From the NCBI RefSeq assembly GCF_004010195.1, contig NC_057718.1, forward strand, positions 49,687,239-49,751,238: a DNA stretch of 64,000 bases. Reading direction: 5' to 3'. Below the pieces are notes generated by a model, which saw only the letters and a list, made by a program, of their open reading frames with translations, was not told the origin of the DNA and did not search any database. This stretch comes from Chiloscyllium plagiosum. Lineage: Eukaryota. Of this stretch, positions 63,079-64,000 are shown piece by piece; positions within the stretch are counted from its first letter, which is position 1; every line of letters begins with the position of its first letter. Position numbers and translations under genes: made by a program.

Positions 63079-64000
63079 TCATGACCTGATACACAATCTT
63101 AGCTCCCTGAACTGCTAATCTCTAGGCTGCTGTAATTGCAAAAACAACGGAGTTGAGATCAATGACAGCAATACAGAGGATATACCTGATGCCCTCCGTG
63201 GGGAAGGTTATTGCAATTGTCCTCAAAGTTTGGGGTTACAAGATCAGAGGTAGCAATGGCTTTTGTGTACCTCTGCCTTCTCCCCTTCAGGCCACACTTC
63301 CTTTACATTTTTCTGCGACTGTGTGGAAGGACCTTGCAGGTGGCCATGCAGCTTAGAGTGAACATTGTCCCACTTGATCTCACAGATCTCTCCACTTGCC
63401 ACCAATCACCCCCCACCCAGTCCTCACATTACGTTGGGGATTGTGACAATTTGCAAGCCCAAAACTGGGATTAAAGCGGAGAAAAAGTTTGGGAACCACA
63501 CTCTCTGAAATTATCCTGCAAACTTGATTTGTTTTACCTCTTTCTGTTTTTGCACCCCCAACTGTACCCTTCATTGCCCCTCCTGGTTCTCTCCACAAAA
63601 TGGAGCATTTTGTATTTCTCCCAATTCAATTTAATTTGCCAGTTGTCTGGTTGCTAATTTCCCCTGTCCTTTTAATACCATTGATCAAAATATGCTCCCA
63701 GGTTTTGCAAAATTCTGAATCTGGGTCCTGGGGGAGGGGATATTGGGTTGAACTGTGCAACAGATTAATGAATACAAGTGCTATATTCGTACATAAAATC
63801 ATATCAAGTCTACACCTCACCATATGGTCAGCTTGCTGCCACCATCCACTTTACGTGTAGAAACCCATACAGAGCCTGATTAGCCAAGTGTGTTGAGGAA
63901 ACTCACTTCCTGGTCTAACTAGAAGAGATGGTTGTACTGAACAAGAGGTAGTTCATTGCATGTTAGTAATTAGTTACAAATTTCTTTGATATAATAATGG

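Overview
Repeat-dense vertebrate DNA, most likely from a shark or other elasmobranch (V-SINE/HE1-like SINEs, CR1 LINEs with an esterase ORF1, many Penelope-like elements). I could not identify any host protein-coding exon with confidence. The main feature is a heavily deleted class I (gamma/epsilon-like, fish-type) endogenous retrovirus at 12203-18845. It has two LTRs, a 4-bp AGTG target-site duplication, a tRNA-Trp primer-binding site, a PPT, gag remnants, RT/RNase H/integrase and an env TM remnant. Its unusual points are structured leader repeats, an 18-nt leader segment antisense to the sequence just before the LTR poly(A) signal, mosaic LTRs, microhomology-bounded deletions and an inverted gag-pol segment. 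The rest is nested CR1 LINEs, SINEs, a Rex1/Babar fragment, a decayed Gypsy integrase, two Harbinger-type Myb/SANT remnants, and many Penelope-derived palindromic elements carrying minimal hammerhead ribozyme motifs. Boundaries of the decayed repeats are approximate. N gaps: 2584-2611, 8595-8968, 14496-15195.
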